From the NCBI GenBank assembly GCA_964016885.1, contig OZ024742.1, positions 33,914,001-33,978,000 on the forward strand: 64,000 nucleotides of DNA. Direction: 5' to 3'. Position 1 is the first letter of the stretch. Each line of letters opens with the position of its first letter. A program made the translations under genes and the position numbers. This DNA comes from Eledone cirrhosa (Eukaryota). This document shows, piece by piece, positions 14,795-29,500 of the stretch. The notes below the pieces were generated by a model. It did no database searches. It saw only the letters and a program-made list of their open reading frames with translations, and was not told the origin of the DNA.

Positions 14795-15289
14795 TATAAT
14801 GGCATCGGTAGGAAAATAGAAATAAGATTCTAAGCAGATTAAAGGGTGCTTGCTCAGTTTCTGTTTCCATGCTGTGAATATATACCTAACCCCATTTAGT
14901 AGCTACAATGACGCGGCATTGCTACAAATTATATGTTTCAATATCCAGCTACCAGTCTGTGTTGAGGTCTGATTAATATAGCTTGGAATGTAAATGACTT
15001 TATTAAGCTGCTCTTGTTCTAGAAACTTAATTTTACATGAAGAAGAAGCATTCAATTGTGTAGTTTCTGCTTTGGTGGGCTTGGGATATCTTCGCCTTTT
15101 CACTTAAGCGAATCATATAAATATTGATTTCTTTTCACCTTCAAAGAAAGTTGAATAATATATTGCGATGTCTATACGTTTCCTGGGATTATTAATGCCA
15201 AAGGCATAGTTTTAGAACATTACTTGGTAGTTACAAACTACAATGTAATCTCTGTCAAGAGTCTTCAGCTAATAAAGCTTCTAGTTTCA

Positions 15290-15647
15290 ATAATTGTTTC
15301 TACTTTTGGTACAAGGCCAGCAAATTCACCAGTACATTACTGGTACTTTATATTATCGATCCTGTAAGGATGAAAGGCAAAGTTAACCTCGGCGGGATTT
15401 GAACTCAGACCATAAAGGGCTTCTAGTTACAATAATGATTTCTAGTATAGGCACAAGGCCAGTAATTTGTGGGGAGGGGAAAGTCGATTAAATCAACCCC
15501 AGTAAGTTACTGGTGCTTTATTTTATCGAACCCGTAAGGATGAACGGCAAAGTTAACCTCGGCGGGGTTTAAACTCAAACCGTAAAGGGCGATACTCTAT
15601 GCTGCAAAACATTGCGTCCGACCCTCTACCGATACTGCCAATCCACA
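15290..15647 (-). mobile_element. Two tandem MetaSINE-type SINEs
   Basis: Same family as 4122. Confidence 0.7.
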
Positions 15648-17093
15648 TAATAATTTCTTATATTTCGAGCAAGACTACAAAGTATATAAAACTACAGCAA
15701 CAATAAAAACAACCGAAGACGTGGTTGATGTGGCAATATGGCGTTCTGAGTTCACATCCTACCGACATTCACTTTGCCTTCCATATATTTAGGGTTAATA
15801 TAGTATCAGTCTAGCGTTGGTGCATTTCTCTCCTCTTCCAGCTGTCACACCCTATATTTTCCTTTGGATCACTGTGTGCCTGCTCGTTACGTCATGGGCA
15901 CCTAAAACCTTTAGAAAAAACATGATATATGCTACGAAATGATTCTCTATTGCGAGTGTTTTTGTTAGTAAAGTATGTAGTCGATGAAAAAACCACTATT
16001 TGCTGTTGTGGTTGCCGCAAGTTGGTTTTTACTGAGCAGACTTGTGATTACTGACGTTCCAGCCATGACTACTCCACCTTTCCTGAAATATAATTATATA
16101 CCTTACCTAGAACTACATTATCCATTGCCTTCTCTTTTTAAGACGTTAGAGTGTAATGTGTGGGAGAGTTGGCTACTATTTTTAACATACCGTACGACCA
16201 CATAGAAGGTTCTTTGTGGCTTGTAGAAGTGCCATAATTCGAGATAAATGAATATCGATTTGTTGATTAATTGATTGATTGATTGATTGGTTGATCAATG
16301 TCTAGTGAAATTTGTATCCAATCTTGAGCAAGATTTTGTTAGATACACACAGAGTATAAGGCGTGACTGATCACCGAACATATATAATTCAATAATTTGT
16401 TAGAAAAACTGTCAGTTGTAGACAGCTGTAAGCACAATCTATCATTCTTGTGATCTCATCAAACAGATTCATTTCAACTAAACACAAATGGATACTGATA
16501 CATCGACATGTTGATTCATTCACATACTCTTACCTACGAGCAAACATGCGCTCACAAACATAAGATCACGCACATCCACGCACGCATTCTCTTTCTTTTC
16601 ATTTCCCTCTCCTTCTCACTCGTAGAGAAACACACACACACGCACGCATGCACACATAAATACACACACGCCAGCGCACACTCATACGCATGCACGCACA
16701 CGAACGCACACCACATAAAGTGTTTCCAATACATCCGGCGAAAACAGATTAGTAAATGTCCAGAGATTCATCGTACTATTCACACGTAAATCGCAGTCTA
16801 GCCGAAAGAAAATTGCGTAAATCTGTTTGCTTAACTTATACGTCTCTCATCCACCACCTAGCTAGACATAGACACATACTTAGGTGCTCGCACACACACA
16901 CACACATGTACATATAAATGGACGTGTTTTATGTAAAATAAGACATAAAAACAAAGCATTAACGAAGTGATTACCCAATACCTATACATAAAGTATTGAT
17001 TTTATTCTACCAAGAAAATGTTGACATCAAAGTCTTGCCTGTGGTCGATTTCATCAGATACTTGAATGCACACTATCGCTCTCTCTCTCTATT

Positions 17094-17155
<62 letters not shown>

Positions 17156-17159
<4 letters not shown>

Positions 17160-17404
17160 CTTGACCGACTAGTCTGTTGGGGGTCCATTCGGCGCCGTTG
17201 GTCACAGCACGTCGTGCTGTTTTAGCCATAAGATAACGCCATCCCACTGGCTGGGCGGGCAGACCGGTACTCATTTCTACAGCTGAGTAAACTGGAGCAA
17301 TGTGAAATAAAGTGTCTTGCTCAAGGAAACAACACATCACTCGGTCCGAGAATTGAACTCACAACTTTTCGACTGCAAGCCCAATGCTCTAACCACTTAG
17401 CCAC

Positions 17405-17405
<1 letters not shown>
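17156..17405 (-). mobile_element. tRNA-derived SINE
   Basis: Minus strand: A box TGGCTAAGTGG, B box GAGTTCAATTCT, CCTTGAGCAAGACACTTTA body. Confidence 0.75.
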
Positions 17406-17463
<58 letters not shown>

Positions 17464-18296
17464 TGTACCTGTCTACACATGCACATACCCATATATGAAT
17501 ATTGATATTTACATACACACTTTAAATGTTTGTTTGTGTATACCAACAAACATTTAAAGACTTTTGAAAAGTCTTTTCATCCTTCCTGCTCTTTATAAAA
17601 CACAAGCGAGAAGTTTATCGAGTTTCGTTTTCAGTCTCGCAAAACTGGACAGTTTTCGTGATCGATTTTAATCACGCTTTCCTAGTGACTTCAATCTATG
17701 TTTATTGATTTATTTTATATCAAAATTAAAGAAAGGCTGAATGGTATAGTTGTATACATTCCCACTGCGTAATTTTAGTTCAATTGGCAGAAGTTTCATA
17801 GTGAAACATGTCATTTTTGAATTTTTTCTAGTTTGTGTCTTTCCACCATTTCATTTTATGATTGTTAATTTCTTATAGTTTTGGCATATTTTGTGTGTAG
17901 CTTCACAGTGCCAAGTTAGGAGAAGCCCAGTAGGGTGAATATATAGGCTTTCGTTATAACATCTAACCTACAAATTTGAAAATATAACCGCCATAATGTC
18001 GATAACTATAATACAAATTCAGAGTTGGAGTTGCGACATACATAACTGTTTTCATTAGCCAGTCAATTTATGTAAGCCTGTAGAGGTGTACTTGGTCAGG
18101 GCACGAGACTTACTTTTCATCTGTGCTTATCATTCTGCCTATAGATGTGCACGGCAGTGCTTATATGTACATTTATCTGTGCACGATGTTTATGTCTATG
18201 TTTATGTATGGCCGTGTATGTCCTATAAGTTGTTTGGCATTAATATCTGGAATTCAAATAAATAAATAAAGAGAAACTTGAAAATCTAATTCTTAC

Positions 18297-18895
18297 CTTG
18301 TCCATCCTATAGAACTGGTATTGAAAATATATGAATCATTTACAATATCATTTAATGAGAATTCCCGAATTCCTAAATCTGATATTCCATCCGATTGGTA
18401 ATGCTTGACTATAGTTCGAAGTATACTTTTCACATGCGTTACATAACCAAATGGCCTCGATCTCTCGAGACCCACAAGACCGACAGGTAAACTATAATCG
18501 GCCAAATGATTGTGTTCAGTGGCAAAATCAGATAAAAACCAGGCATAATTGTGCGAGAAAAGATTAAGGAGTTTCCCTATTTGAACCACACGCTTCATAA
18601 GAAATACGTCGCAGTGTATAACAACAATTTTGAAGGCACTTTGTTGAATTTTTTTCAGTTTATCTTGTAATATTATCCAGTTATCGGCGTGAGAAACGCT
18701 TATATTCAACTGCGTTTTAATACCGTACATTTCCCCTTCTTCCATGAACCGATTGTAAAATCCGTCATCGAAATAGGTGTCTTGATACACAAAGTTCACC
18801 CAATAGTAGCCGAATCGGCTCAAGAGCAGCGCCATTGCTTCTCCTGAGTAATATGGTGACCTGTTCAGTTGGACCATCATGGAGTTTTCCAGGTT
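18297..18895 (-). CDS. Internal coding exon of an NMDA-type ionotropic glutamate receptor (amino-terminal domain, GluN2/GluN3-like)
   Basis: 599-bp open exon bounded by ...ttttacag|AAC (phase 0) and AAG|gtaaga (phase 2). Peptide motifs VQLNRS..YSGEAMALLLSRFGY, KIVVIHC, NYAWFLS and LPVGLVGL resemble the periplasmic-binding-protein-like ATD of NMDA subunits. Subtype not verified. Confidence 0.65.
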
Positions 18896-20182
18896 CTGTA
18901 AAATAAGAAATCCAAAGAAAATATATTAGAATGGGAAGAAATTAATCAAAATTCAACAAAAGTTTACTTGGTGAGGAGGGGGATTTTGGACACCCTGCAT
19001 GGCAAAAAAACTAAACCTGACAAAGGGCGGAAGAACTCATAAGTGTCAACGGCCATCCCAAAATGTGTAAATATGTATATACATGTATGCATGCACATAT
19101 ATATGTATATATGTATATACATTTATGTATGTGTATGTATAAGCGTGGGGTCATACATACATACACACATTCATACATATATACTTAAGTAAATACATAC
19201 ATACACACACATACATACGTACGTACATACATAGATACATACATACGTACATACATACATACATACATACATACATACATGGGTAGCACGAACATAACCT
19301 TTTAGCCTTGCCAAGGAATTACATTCTCTCTTGTATATGCTGCAGCAAAAAAGTAGCCATTTCAGTTTTTAGTCAGCAATGCTCATACATCACACGTGAA
19401 AGATATTTAAATCAACTGATGCCTGTGCTTGAAGCTTTTCTAAGTTGAGAAAGTTCGTGCACTGGACCAATCCCAGATTTTGAACAACGATGACAGGCAC
19501 CCAAACAGAAGAACGGGTGAACATCATTGACTGCCATCAAACTGCAGGTTTTATATCAGAGTTTTGTTTCTAGAATGGACCAGGGGTCTCTCACTGACGG
19601 CACGGAGAGCTAACCGCATGGACGGGCATCAAACTGAGTATTTCCATGTATACGTAAATACATAGTGGAAGTCAACTAGTGTCCGAGTACGGCCACATCT
19701 TAGACCCTCACTCTAAAAAAACCCAGATATTGAAAAAAGCGTGATGTCGAAGTTGCTGTCGTTGATGTCACCTTAGATGGCTAATTAAACCAGGAAGTGA
19801 CTTACAATTGTGATGTCGTGTTAGCTAATCTGCAGAATGACACACGTTGGTACAGATGCGGGATGACATGACACACATTGGTACAGATGCGAAGTCAAGG
19901 TGTATGGGCTACTCAAATGTGTTATTTTCATGAGTATAACGTCTGCTATGGCTTAGTAGTATAGAGTTTGACATACATACATGTCCACATTATTCACAGG
20001 TAAGAATCATTTTAGAATCCTGTTCTGAGAGCCGACGAACATCGCCCATATATGGTATGGACCCGTAACTCCTGATAGAGTCGTAGGGGCACTGTATTGT
20101 ATACGGCGTTTCTTGGGCATTTTAAGCCTGGCGGAGCCCATCCAGGCCTGAGTACAGCAGTTTCTTCCAGAAAGAGGAAGAA

Positions 20183-20345
20183 TCAACCCCAGTACTACAC
20201 TGGTATTTTTTTATCGACAACGCATCGAGAGGATGAAAGGCAAAGTTGACCTCGGTGGGATTTGAACTCATAGAGTAGAGAGCCGGAAGGAATACCATAA
20301 AGCATTCTATCCGACGTTCTAACGACTCTGCCTATTCGCCGCCTA
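20183..20345 (-). mobile_element. Diverged MetaSINE-type SINE
   Basis: GGATGAAAGGCAAAGTTGACCTCGGTGGGATTTGAACTC core. Confidence 0.65.
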
Positions 20346-20856
20346 TCCCCATATATTAAGTTTCATTTATATCCATTTTAATGTATTTTACTTTGGATTT
20401 ATTATTTTACAGCACCTGTAAAACTTCATGATGTTCCGACTGAACAGGTCACTATCCTCAGGAGACGTAATGGTGCTAATCTCGAGCCGATTCAGTTACT
20501 AATGGGCGAATTTTCGGTATCAAGATACCTATAAATCATTCTGTCTGATGCAGTCCATTGCCTTAATAAAAGTAGTTTCTGATTTAGACACAGGAGAAGC
20601 AATGTTGAAGGAGGTGAGATTCGATAATGCCTACCCTGGTACTTGAATGGTACATTATTTCATAGACCCGGAAGACCTAATACTGGAATTATACATTATT
20701 TTATACACCCTGGAAAGATAAAAGCCAAACTTGAACTCAGAATGTAAAGAACGTAATTATCTGGCGACACTCAACCGATTCTGTCAACAAATATGGGCAA
20801 GATGAGTTCAATGACTAGAAGGATTCTGATTATTTAACAGTGGGACATCTCCTGGG

Positions 20857-21516
20857 ATGATGGGTATGTTGATAACGAACATAATGGACATTCTGATGGT
20901 GATGATGACGATGATGGTGATGACGATGGAGATGATTTTGATGATGGAGATGATGGAGATGATGTTGATGATGGAGATGATGTTGATGATGGAGATGATG
21001 TTGATGATGGAGATGATGTTGACGATGGTGATGATGTTGATGATGATGGAGATGATGTTGATGACGATGGTGATGATGTTGATAATGATGGAGATGTTGA
21101 TGATGATGGTGATGATGTTGATGATGGAGATGATGTTGATGATGATGGTGATGTTGATGATGGTGATGATGTTGATGACGATGGTGATGATGTTGATGAC
21201 GATGGTGATGATGTTGATGATGATGGAGATGATGTTGATGATGATGGAGATGATGTTGATGATGGAGATGATGTTGATGATGGAGATGATGTTGATGATG
21301 GTGATGATGTTGATGACGATGGAGATGATGTTGATGATGGAGATGATGTTGATGACGATGGTGATGATGTTGATGACGATGGTGATGAAGATGATAATGA
21401 TATCAATGATGTTAATTCTCATCATAATTATGATGAAGGCATGAGAGAGGATGACATTCATACTAAGTGATGGTGATGACAGTAGTGCAGCTGCTGCTGC
21501 TGTTGCTGCTGCCGCT

Positions 21517-21547
<31 letters not shown>

Positions 21548-21577
21548 ATGATGATTACGATAACGACGACGACGATG
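20857..21577. repeat. (GAT)n-based degenerate trinucleotide repeat, followed by (GCT)n/(GAT)n
   Basis: Seen directly. Confidence 0.95.
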
Positions 21578-22029
21578 CCTATCGATATTATTAAAGTATA
21601 ATTAAAACTAATGTATTCGAGGAGACTAGAAACATGGGGAGGTATAATTGTGTTTTAGGACATCAAAGATGGCCGCTAGCCAACGTTAACAGTAAGGCAA
21701 ACAGGCGATAGCGAAGTACATCATTGGCAAACAACAGCGAGAAGAGGCGGGTGCTGGCGGATGTTGGCGAAAGGTAGCGGATGATGTCGAACGATAGAGA
21801 ACAGTTGCAAGGTCTTTTATGTTTTTTCAATGTGCAGTTTATGGCGTTCTTCCTACAATTATCGCATTAGATTCTCTTTCAGTATAATGGTGTACAGGGA
21901 ATGGAAGTGTCGCATTGCTGCTGTTCTTGTTTAGTTGTTTGACCCCCATCCCACCCCAAATCAACCTGATCAAGTAAATCACAAACGCAGATTCATATAT
22001 GTATATAGGTATCTATGTATGTATGCATG

Positions 22030-23085
22030 TTTTCTCTTTCTCTTAATTTCGAGTATATTTTTTTGACCGGCCACCTTCCTGGTGGCAAGGTTGTAAACGA
22101 AAAGAAATTGTCATCCCTTGAATCGCAAGAATGTTTTGCAAATTTTGAAAGTGCCAGCTATCGCAGCCATTTGTAGACTATGAATTAGGGAGCTGCGCTT
22201 TTTGTCCGCAAATCCAAGTTCGGTCATACTTTGGTCCAAGCGGGTTGGTATATAACCCGTAGCACCAATAATGATGGGTATGAAGCTAAAGGTGTATCTT
22301 GGATACTGGATTTGTAAACTCCTCATCAATGGTCCGTAGATGTCCTCCTTCTCCTGTATTTTTCTGACAACGTTAACATCAAGTGGGCAGCTGATCTCCA
22401 CAACAGAACACGTTTTCAATGTGTGGTCCCAAACAACAATATCAGGCCAGTTGTGCTTTAATTTGGTGGCAGTTTTTATTTTCAGGTTCCACCAGTATTC
22501 CTTAGTGCCATCTGTCTCAATATATTCTTCCTCGTTTGTTGTTAATTTTGTTTTCCGAAGTGCGTTCCAGATGGTTCTAGCTATCCCATCGTGTCTCATG
22601 GGGAGGTAGTAGCGAGATGACATTCTTTAGCAGCTGGCAACAATGTGGCTTACATCCTCGATCCTTGTTTTACATAGCCTACATTTATTGTCAGCTGCTG
22701 GCCCTCCTCTTTTGTGCAGCAGATATTTGGTAGGGAGTTCTTGTTCCTGCATTGCATAGAGATATCCCTCAAGGTGTGATGTCATAAACTTGTCGGAACT
22801 CCATGCCAGGCTTTTTGAGTGGTTTATCCCCTCTATGGTCTGTGTTTTACGCCTCAAGTATCCATGCACAACTTTCTCTGTAAATTGGTCAATTGTTTTA
22901 TCTTGTTTGAACATTGAATAGGATCTTCCGATTTCTCTGGGTGAGAGATTTATATCAGGCTTTATTCCATATCTCTCCTCCAGATCAGTCGCTATTCTAA
23001 TGATATTTCTTTTTTCATGCTCATAAACCTGAGCAAGATGGTTGCCAACCTTTTTCCTCTGTTGAAGGTGTTGCTTCAGTGTTAC
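22030..23085 (-). mobile_element. 5'-truncated R4/Dong-like RLE retrotransposon (CCHC zinc knuckle + restriction-like endonuclease), disrupted by a stop
   Basis: CRLC...HIVASC*, RHD, PDIVV...E.SCP motifs; 3' UTR ends next to degenerate (TACA)n. Confidence 0.85.
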
Positions 23086-23188
23086 TATTATGTATGTATG
23101 TATGTATGTATGTATGTATGTATGTATGTATGTATGTATGTATGTATGTATGTATGTATGTATGTATGTATGTATGTATGTATGTATG

Positions 23189-23782
23189 TCAGGTCACCAG
23201 TTGGTGCTACTGGTAACATGTATCCCAGTACAACCTGTCCCATGGTCGGGTCGTTGGCGACTAAACTGGCAACCCCACCAAGGTTTCTTGGTGAGGAGGG
23301 TGACTTTAGACATCCTGCAGGACTAAAAACAAAACCTGTCAAAGGGCAATGGAGCTCTTAAGAGTCAATGGCCATCCAAAATCACCGGGAGAGATGACCC
23401 CTTAGCCTTTGTCAAGGCAGAATTCTAGGAGAAAGAAAACTCTGATATGACACCTGCAACCCTGATGGTATCCAATGATGTTGACTTGTTCTTCTTTTTG
23501 GTAACTATCATCTTGGTTAAGAGAGTGGGACTGGCTTTGTGCAGTGCCTTTGCTCACTATAAAAGCTTCATGGCACAGGCATTGCTTTATATCTGGAGAT
23601 CTCTCTGGTCGTCACATGGCCCAGCACTATGTGTCAATAATTGTCACAAGTGTAGTGTTTATACCAGAGTTTTCAAGGCGCTGGCTGGACTAAAAAGCCA
23701 CACTCATTCAGCGCATCGGTAGGGGTTCTCCTACATGGATATAAAGTAGTGGCCGTACTCGAAAACGAGTTGGCAGCCACCA
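23189..23782 (+). mobile_element. ~600-bp RTE-derived retroposon copy
   Basis: Matches 2281-2874; (TATG)n flanks. Confidence 0.75.
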
Positions 23783-23836
23783 TGTATGTATGTATGTATG
23801 TATGTATGTATGTATGTATGTATGTATGTATGTATG

Positions 23837-23870
<34 letters not shown>

Positions 23871-23896
23871 TGTATGAATGTATGTATGTATGTATG

Positions 23897-24005
<109 letters not shown>

Positions 24006-24227
24006 TAAAATTCTTGGAAAATGTAAAAATTAACACGCAGATTTACTGTAAATAAATTCGATTGGTATAAATCATAGCTTAGAAAATTAGGTAAAATACG
24101 ACTATACATGTATATATAGAAACATACATACATATACATACATACATACTTACATACATACATACATACATGCATACACATACATACATACATACATACA
24201 TACATACATACATACATACATACATAC

Positions 24228-25096
24228 AAAAAAATTGACCAATTTACAGAAAAAGTTGTGCATGGATACTTGAGGCGTAAAACACAGACCATAGAGGGGA
24301 TAAACCACTCAAAAAGCCTGGCATGGAGTTCCGACAAGTTTATGACATCACACCTTGAGGGATATCTCTATGAAATACAGGAACAAGAACTCCCTACCAA
24401 ATATCTGCTGCACAAAAGAGGAGGGCCAGCAGCTGACAATAAATGTAGGCTATGTAAAACAAAGATCGAGGATGTAAGCCACATTGTTGCCGGCTGCGAA
24501 AGAATGTCATCTCGCTACTACCTCCCCATGAGACACGATGGGATAGCTAGAACCATCTGGAACGCACTTCGGAAAACAAAATTAACAACAAACGAGGAAG
24601 AATATATTGAGACAGATGGCACTAAGGAATACTGGTGGAACCTGAAAATAAAAACTGCCACCAAATTAAAGCACAACCGGCCTGATATTGTTGTTTGGGA
24701 CCACACATTGAAAACGTGTTCTGTTGTGGAGATCAGCTGCCCACTTGATGTAAACGTTGTCAGAAAAATACAGGAGAAGGAGGACCTCTACGGACCATTG
24801 ATGAGGAGTTTACAAATCCATTATCCAAGATACACCTTTAGCTTCATACCCATCATTATTGGAGCTACGGGTTATATACCAACCCGCTTGGACGAAAGTA
24901 TGACTGAACTTGGATTTGCGGACAAAAAGGGCAGCTCCCTAATTCATAGTCTACAAATGGCTGCGATAGCTGGCACCTTCAACATTTGCAAAACATTCTT
25001 GCGATTCAAGGGATGACAATTTCTTTTCTTTTACAACCTTGCCACCAGGAAGGTGGCCGGTCAAAAAATATACTCGAAATTAAGAGAAAGAGATAA
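24228..25096 (+). mobile_element. 5'-truncated R4/Dong-like RLE retrotransposon (open C-terminal ORF 24258-25016)
   Basis: CRLCKTKIEDVSHIVAGC, MRHD, NRPDIVVWD, VVEISCP; (ACAT)n on both sides; inverted relative to the 22030 copy. Confidence 0.85.
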
Positions 25097-25361
25097 CATA
25101 CATACATACATACATACATGATAATGGCTGCAACTCAATTTCGAGTGTTGTTATCGCTTGATACTTAAGCATGAGTATCACGGACATGGATTTTAGTCCT
25201 GTTAGGACTTGCCTATTGCCAGCAATACCATACATCACAAAAAAATGTAACATATGAAGCGATGCTTGTGGGCAAATCCCACTCTCTGAACATCGAATGC
25301 ATTTGCCCCAAAAGAACTGGTCTACATCATTGAATGCAAACAAATTCGCAGGTTTTATATC

Positions 25362-25548
25362 ATAATTGTTTCTACTTTAGGCACAAGGCCAGCAATCAAC
25401 CAGTGCATTACTGGTACTTTATTTTATCGACCCCGTAAGGATAAAAGGCAAAGTTAACCTCGGCGGTATTTGAACTCAGATCGTAAAGGGACTTAACTAT
25501 GCTGGAAAGCATGGCGTCCGACCCTCTACCGATACTGCCAATCCACCG
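25362..25548 (-). mobile_element. MetaSINE-type SINE nested among diverged RTE-derived retroposon fragments (25115-26075)
   Basis: Family core sequence; flanks resemble the 600-bp family in reverse orientation. Confidence 0.65.
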
Positions 25549-26541
25549 TTTTATATCATAATGACTTCTCCCACACACACACAAAAAGAAAAAAAATTAT
25601 TGGATGTCAGTTGACTTTCCTGAGTTCCTCCGTCTCATGACTGGTTTTGTTTTCATCCCGTAGGGTGTCCAAATTCATCCTCCTCACCATGCAAGGTCGG
25701 AGGGGTTGCCGGTTTAGTCACCGATAACCCGACCATGCACAGCTTGTAATGGGTTACCAGTAGGGCTGACATAACATACATACATGATGATGGCTGCCCC
25801 CTCGATATCGAGTACAGCCATTTCACGATATACCATTATTAATAATTATTAATTAATTCTATCGTGCAATTCCTGTGCGTGAAGATGTTTTTTAAAGTGG
25901 GGAAAGACTGTGCACTGAGCCAATCCCACTCTCTGAGCGACAGTAGCTATAACCCGAAAAGAAGAAAAGATCAACATCATCGGTAACTACTGAGCCGCAG
26001 GTTTTATGTCAGAGTTAACCCAGTTTCCTGAGTTGCCTCCTCCTAGAAGAATTCCCTGACAAAAGCTAGGGGTCCTTCACTCCCAGTGGTTTAATTGCAC
26101 TATCGGGTATCCAGCCCGGTTATTTCTATGTCCCCGCGCATATATATACATATGTATACATGCATATACATATATACATACACACATATACACATATGTA
26201 TATACATATTTACACATATTTGGATGGCTGTTGCTTCTTATGAGTTCATACATACAAACATACATACAAACATACATGCACACAGACAGACATATATAGG
26301 TGCAATCGTTCGCGTTTGGGCATGTTGATTAATGGAAAAATCGAAGTTGAAATTATATAAGCACACGTTTTTTTGTCATATTCATTTAGGAGAAATTATG
26401 ACTTTCTACGAGTATATATACTTTATTATTATACTCATTTCAATGATTAGAATGCGACTTTACCGGTTTTGAGACTGACGAAACATACACTGAACATTGA
26501 GACACACACATACACACACGCATACAAACACACACGCATAC

Positions 26542-26611
<70 letters not shown>

Positions 26612-26905
26612 GACTTATGGAGCCGCAGAAACCCAAATACTGGACTTTACCATCTTTCCAGGGTCCGGGTAAGCTTTCAACCATTTATATTTTTATATAT
26701 TTTTATATCTGTATATCTGTTTGACCCGAAATAGGCGATCGAATTTTCGCTGTGTGGATGATTAGTTTAACCACCATCTCAGTGTGTTTGGCCTTTAACG
26801 TAAGTTGTAAGCTCTAATTCATATGAATTATCGACCGCTTGCCACACAACTCGGAAGTGATTCTCGTTAATTCCTGAGCTGAAATTCGATTCTCGCTAAT
26901 TTTTA

Positions 26906-26973
<68 letters not shown>

Positions 26974-27417
26974 TGATAGTATAAATATGTGCACGCTGAT
27001 TAATCTGTATGCATACATAAACAAGTGCATATATATATATAATGTAGTCAGCCTATGTAGACTATTATAATAGACACAAAAACATATGTTAAAGCCAATA
27101 AATACCTACCCTCCTTTCACGCCGAAGTCTAGATTTCTATTGGTGCAATACTTGCTTATATTATAATATATTATATTATAATATATTATATTGTATATAT
27201 ATTTATAATATATATTATAAGTGAATTCCGAACGTGGATAAAATACTATGCAAAGCAATTAAGGTGCTGTTCCCAAAAAGATACCACCGCAACTTCTATA
27301 TTTACACACATTAAGAAACCATATTAAGGAAATTATACATGTAATAAGGGAGTCCTACGCAACTATAAACGCAGGCTAGAATAACTTTGATAATATTTCT
27401 GCTATAAAAAACCTCTC

Positions 27418-27550
<133 letters not shown>

Positions 27551-28373
27551 AGTGAAATCAGACATCAGACAACGGGATAAAGACAACATCCATCCGCTGT
27601 TTTGCTGAACATTGTCTATTGCTGTTTGACAAATTCTTCTGCCCTACTGCAATTTGATTGATTATTCTTTTATCAAACACTAGTGGCCTTATTCAAATAG
27701 TTTGTCTACGTTTGCATCATAACAATCCGTTTCACACACCGACAATCTGTGTCGTTTATAAATATCCTCACCTTCCTTCCATTTGAAGTTCGTGTTTGTT
27801 CAAATTAAAAAGAAAGAATAATATCGTGTTTACATGTATTCCTTTATTCCATTAGGTTTTAATTATTTAAGGTCGTCATCCTAAAGAATCATCTTGAAGC
27901 GTTTTAGTTGTTTATATCAATAGTCAGTATAATTTTATTTTCTCATGAAGAGAGAAAGACAGGGACATTTTCAATTATTTAGTGCAGGGACCAGAAAAAA
28001 CAGCTTTAAATACTGGTTCAATCACGAGTAATAGTTTAATGTTATCGCAATAATCACTGTAAGTGAAATAAAGAATTTGTTGTTAGTTATTGTAACAACA
28101 ATAATATATATCTACGTATGCACACCTAATCACCGCCGAATGAGAGAAAGTTCCACAGAAAGTTAACAATGACTTAAAGTTCTCCACCAAAGTTAATAAG
28201 AACTTAATAGAAGTAATATCAATAACGACTTGCTGTAGACATTTGAATTATTAAAGAAGACCAGCCAGCAGTGAAGTCATTCTTCTCCTTTTTCTAATAT
28301 ATCTTATTGTACAAAGGAATTTCCTTCATTTTCCACTATTAATATATATTGGTATCCCGGTCGGGAATTCCCC

Positions 28374-28444
<71 letters not shown>

Positions 28445-28445
<1 letters not shown>

Positions 28446-29119
28446 TTAAAATTTTCTTATTTTACGTCTTTCATATAATTGTTCTGCACCCTCCTGCATT
28501 GAACCACCTAGGTACTATGACATAACTTATATATTTGCTAGCATTAGTGTACATCTGTACGCATATGTTGGTAGATGTACTAATTCTCTATATTTATCTC
28601 CAAATTATTTGTTGAGCAAACTTGTCAAATCTACTGCTAATTCATGGTAGTAGTAGTAGGCTCTTGTCATATTACCACCCCACTCCTAACTGACTAACGT
28701 CAGTGTCACGTGATTGATTCTTTAGAATTTACCACTGACCAGAGGCAGTGAACTTTTTCAGTGCTATGGAATTTAGTCCTCGCTAGCTTATTCCATCCAC
28801 TGAATTATTATTTTTATATGGGTTCCTAGTGCCCGCGCATTGCTTGGGAATTTAACTGAGAATAGACTCCCTGATGACGTAATGAATTCTCGATAGTTAT
28901 ATTGTGTAAACTATATTTATCCCATTATAGAAACTAATTAGTTGGAGTGAAAATTTTAATAAGTAAGTTAATTTTTAATTTTTAAATTTTCTTATTTTAC
29001 GTCTTTCATATAATTGTTCTGCACCCCCCTGCATTGAACCACCTTGGTACTATGACATAACTTATATATTTGCTAGCATTAGTGTACATCTGTACGCATA
29101 TGTTGGTAGATGTACTAAT

Positions 29120-29125
<6 letters not shown>
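28445..29125 (+). mobile_element. Partial tandem non-coding element (period ~535 bp) with an HHR; retrozyme-like
   Basis: 28445-28589 repeated at ~28981-29124; HHR located just before the second repeat; (TA)n/(TC)n flanks. Confidence 0.7.
28866..28948 (+). ncRNA. Type I hammerhead ribozyme with an enlarged stem II loop
   Basis: ACUCC-CUGAUGA-CGUAAUG...CAUUAUA-GAAA-CUA(AU)UAG-UU|GGAGU; stem III is the palindrome ACUAAUUAGU. Confidence 0.75.
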
Positions 29126-29150
<25 letters not shown>

Positions 29151-29246
29151 GCATACGTGTGTGTAAAACAGAAAGAAGTAACAAAGCAAACGACACAGTA
29201 AAATGAAGAAATATATTAATTTAACGCTTGAAATAACGGCAAAAGA

Positions 29247-29283
29247 GTCTTACTGTTTCGGACCCTAGTCTTTCATCAGAAGA
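29247..29283 (-). ncRNA. Minimal or decayed HHR motif
   Basis: Minus strand: UCUU-CUGAUGA-AAGAC(UAGG)GUCC-GAAA-CAG-UA|AGAC. Core intact, stems I and III weak. Confidence 0.45.
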
Positions 29284-29399
29284 TAGAATCAGAAATAAAA
29301 GATAGAATAGAAAGATAAAGAGTGAGAAGAAGAGGTAGGAACGGATAAAAATTAGAAAAAAAGGCACAAGCGTATACAGTCAGGCATATAAATAAATAA

Positions 29400-29500
<101 letters not shown>

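Noticed and set aside
20412-20516. Possible plus-strand exon (PVKLHDVPTEQVTILRRRNG...) after a good acceptor
   Set aside because: Weak donor, no recognisable homology, no partner exons.
20808-21461. Poly-I, poly-S and poly-M ORFs (also 42931-43411)
   Set aside because: Products of (GAT)n repeats open in several frames; no splice or domain evidence.
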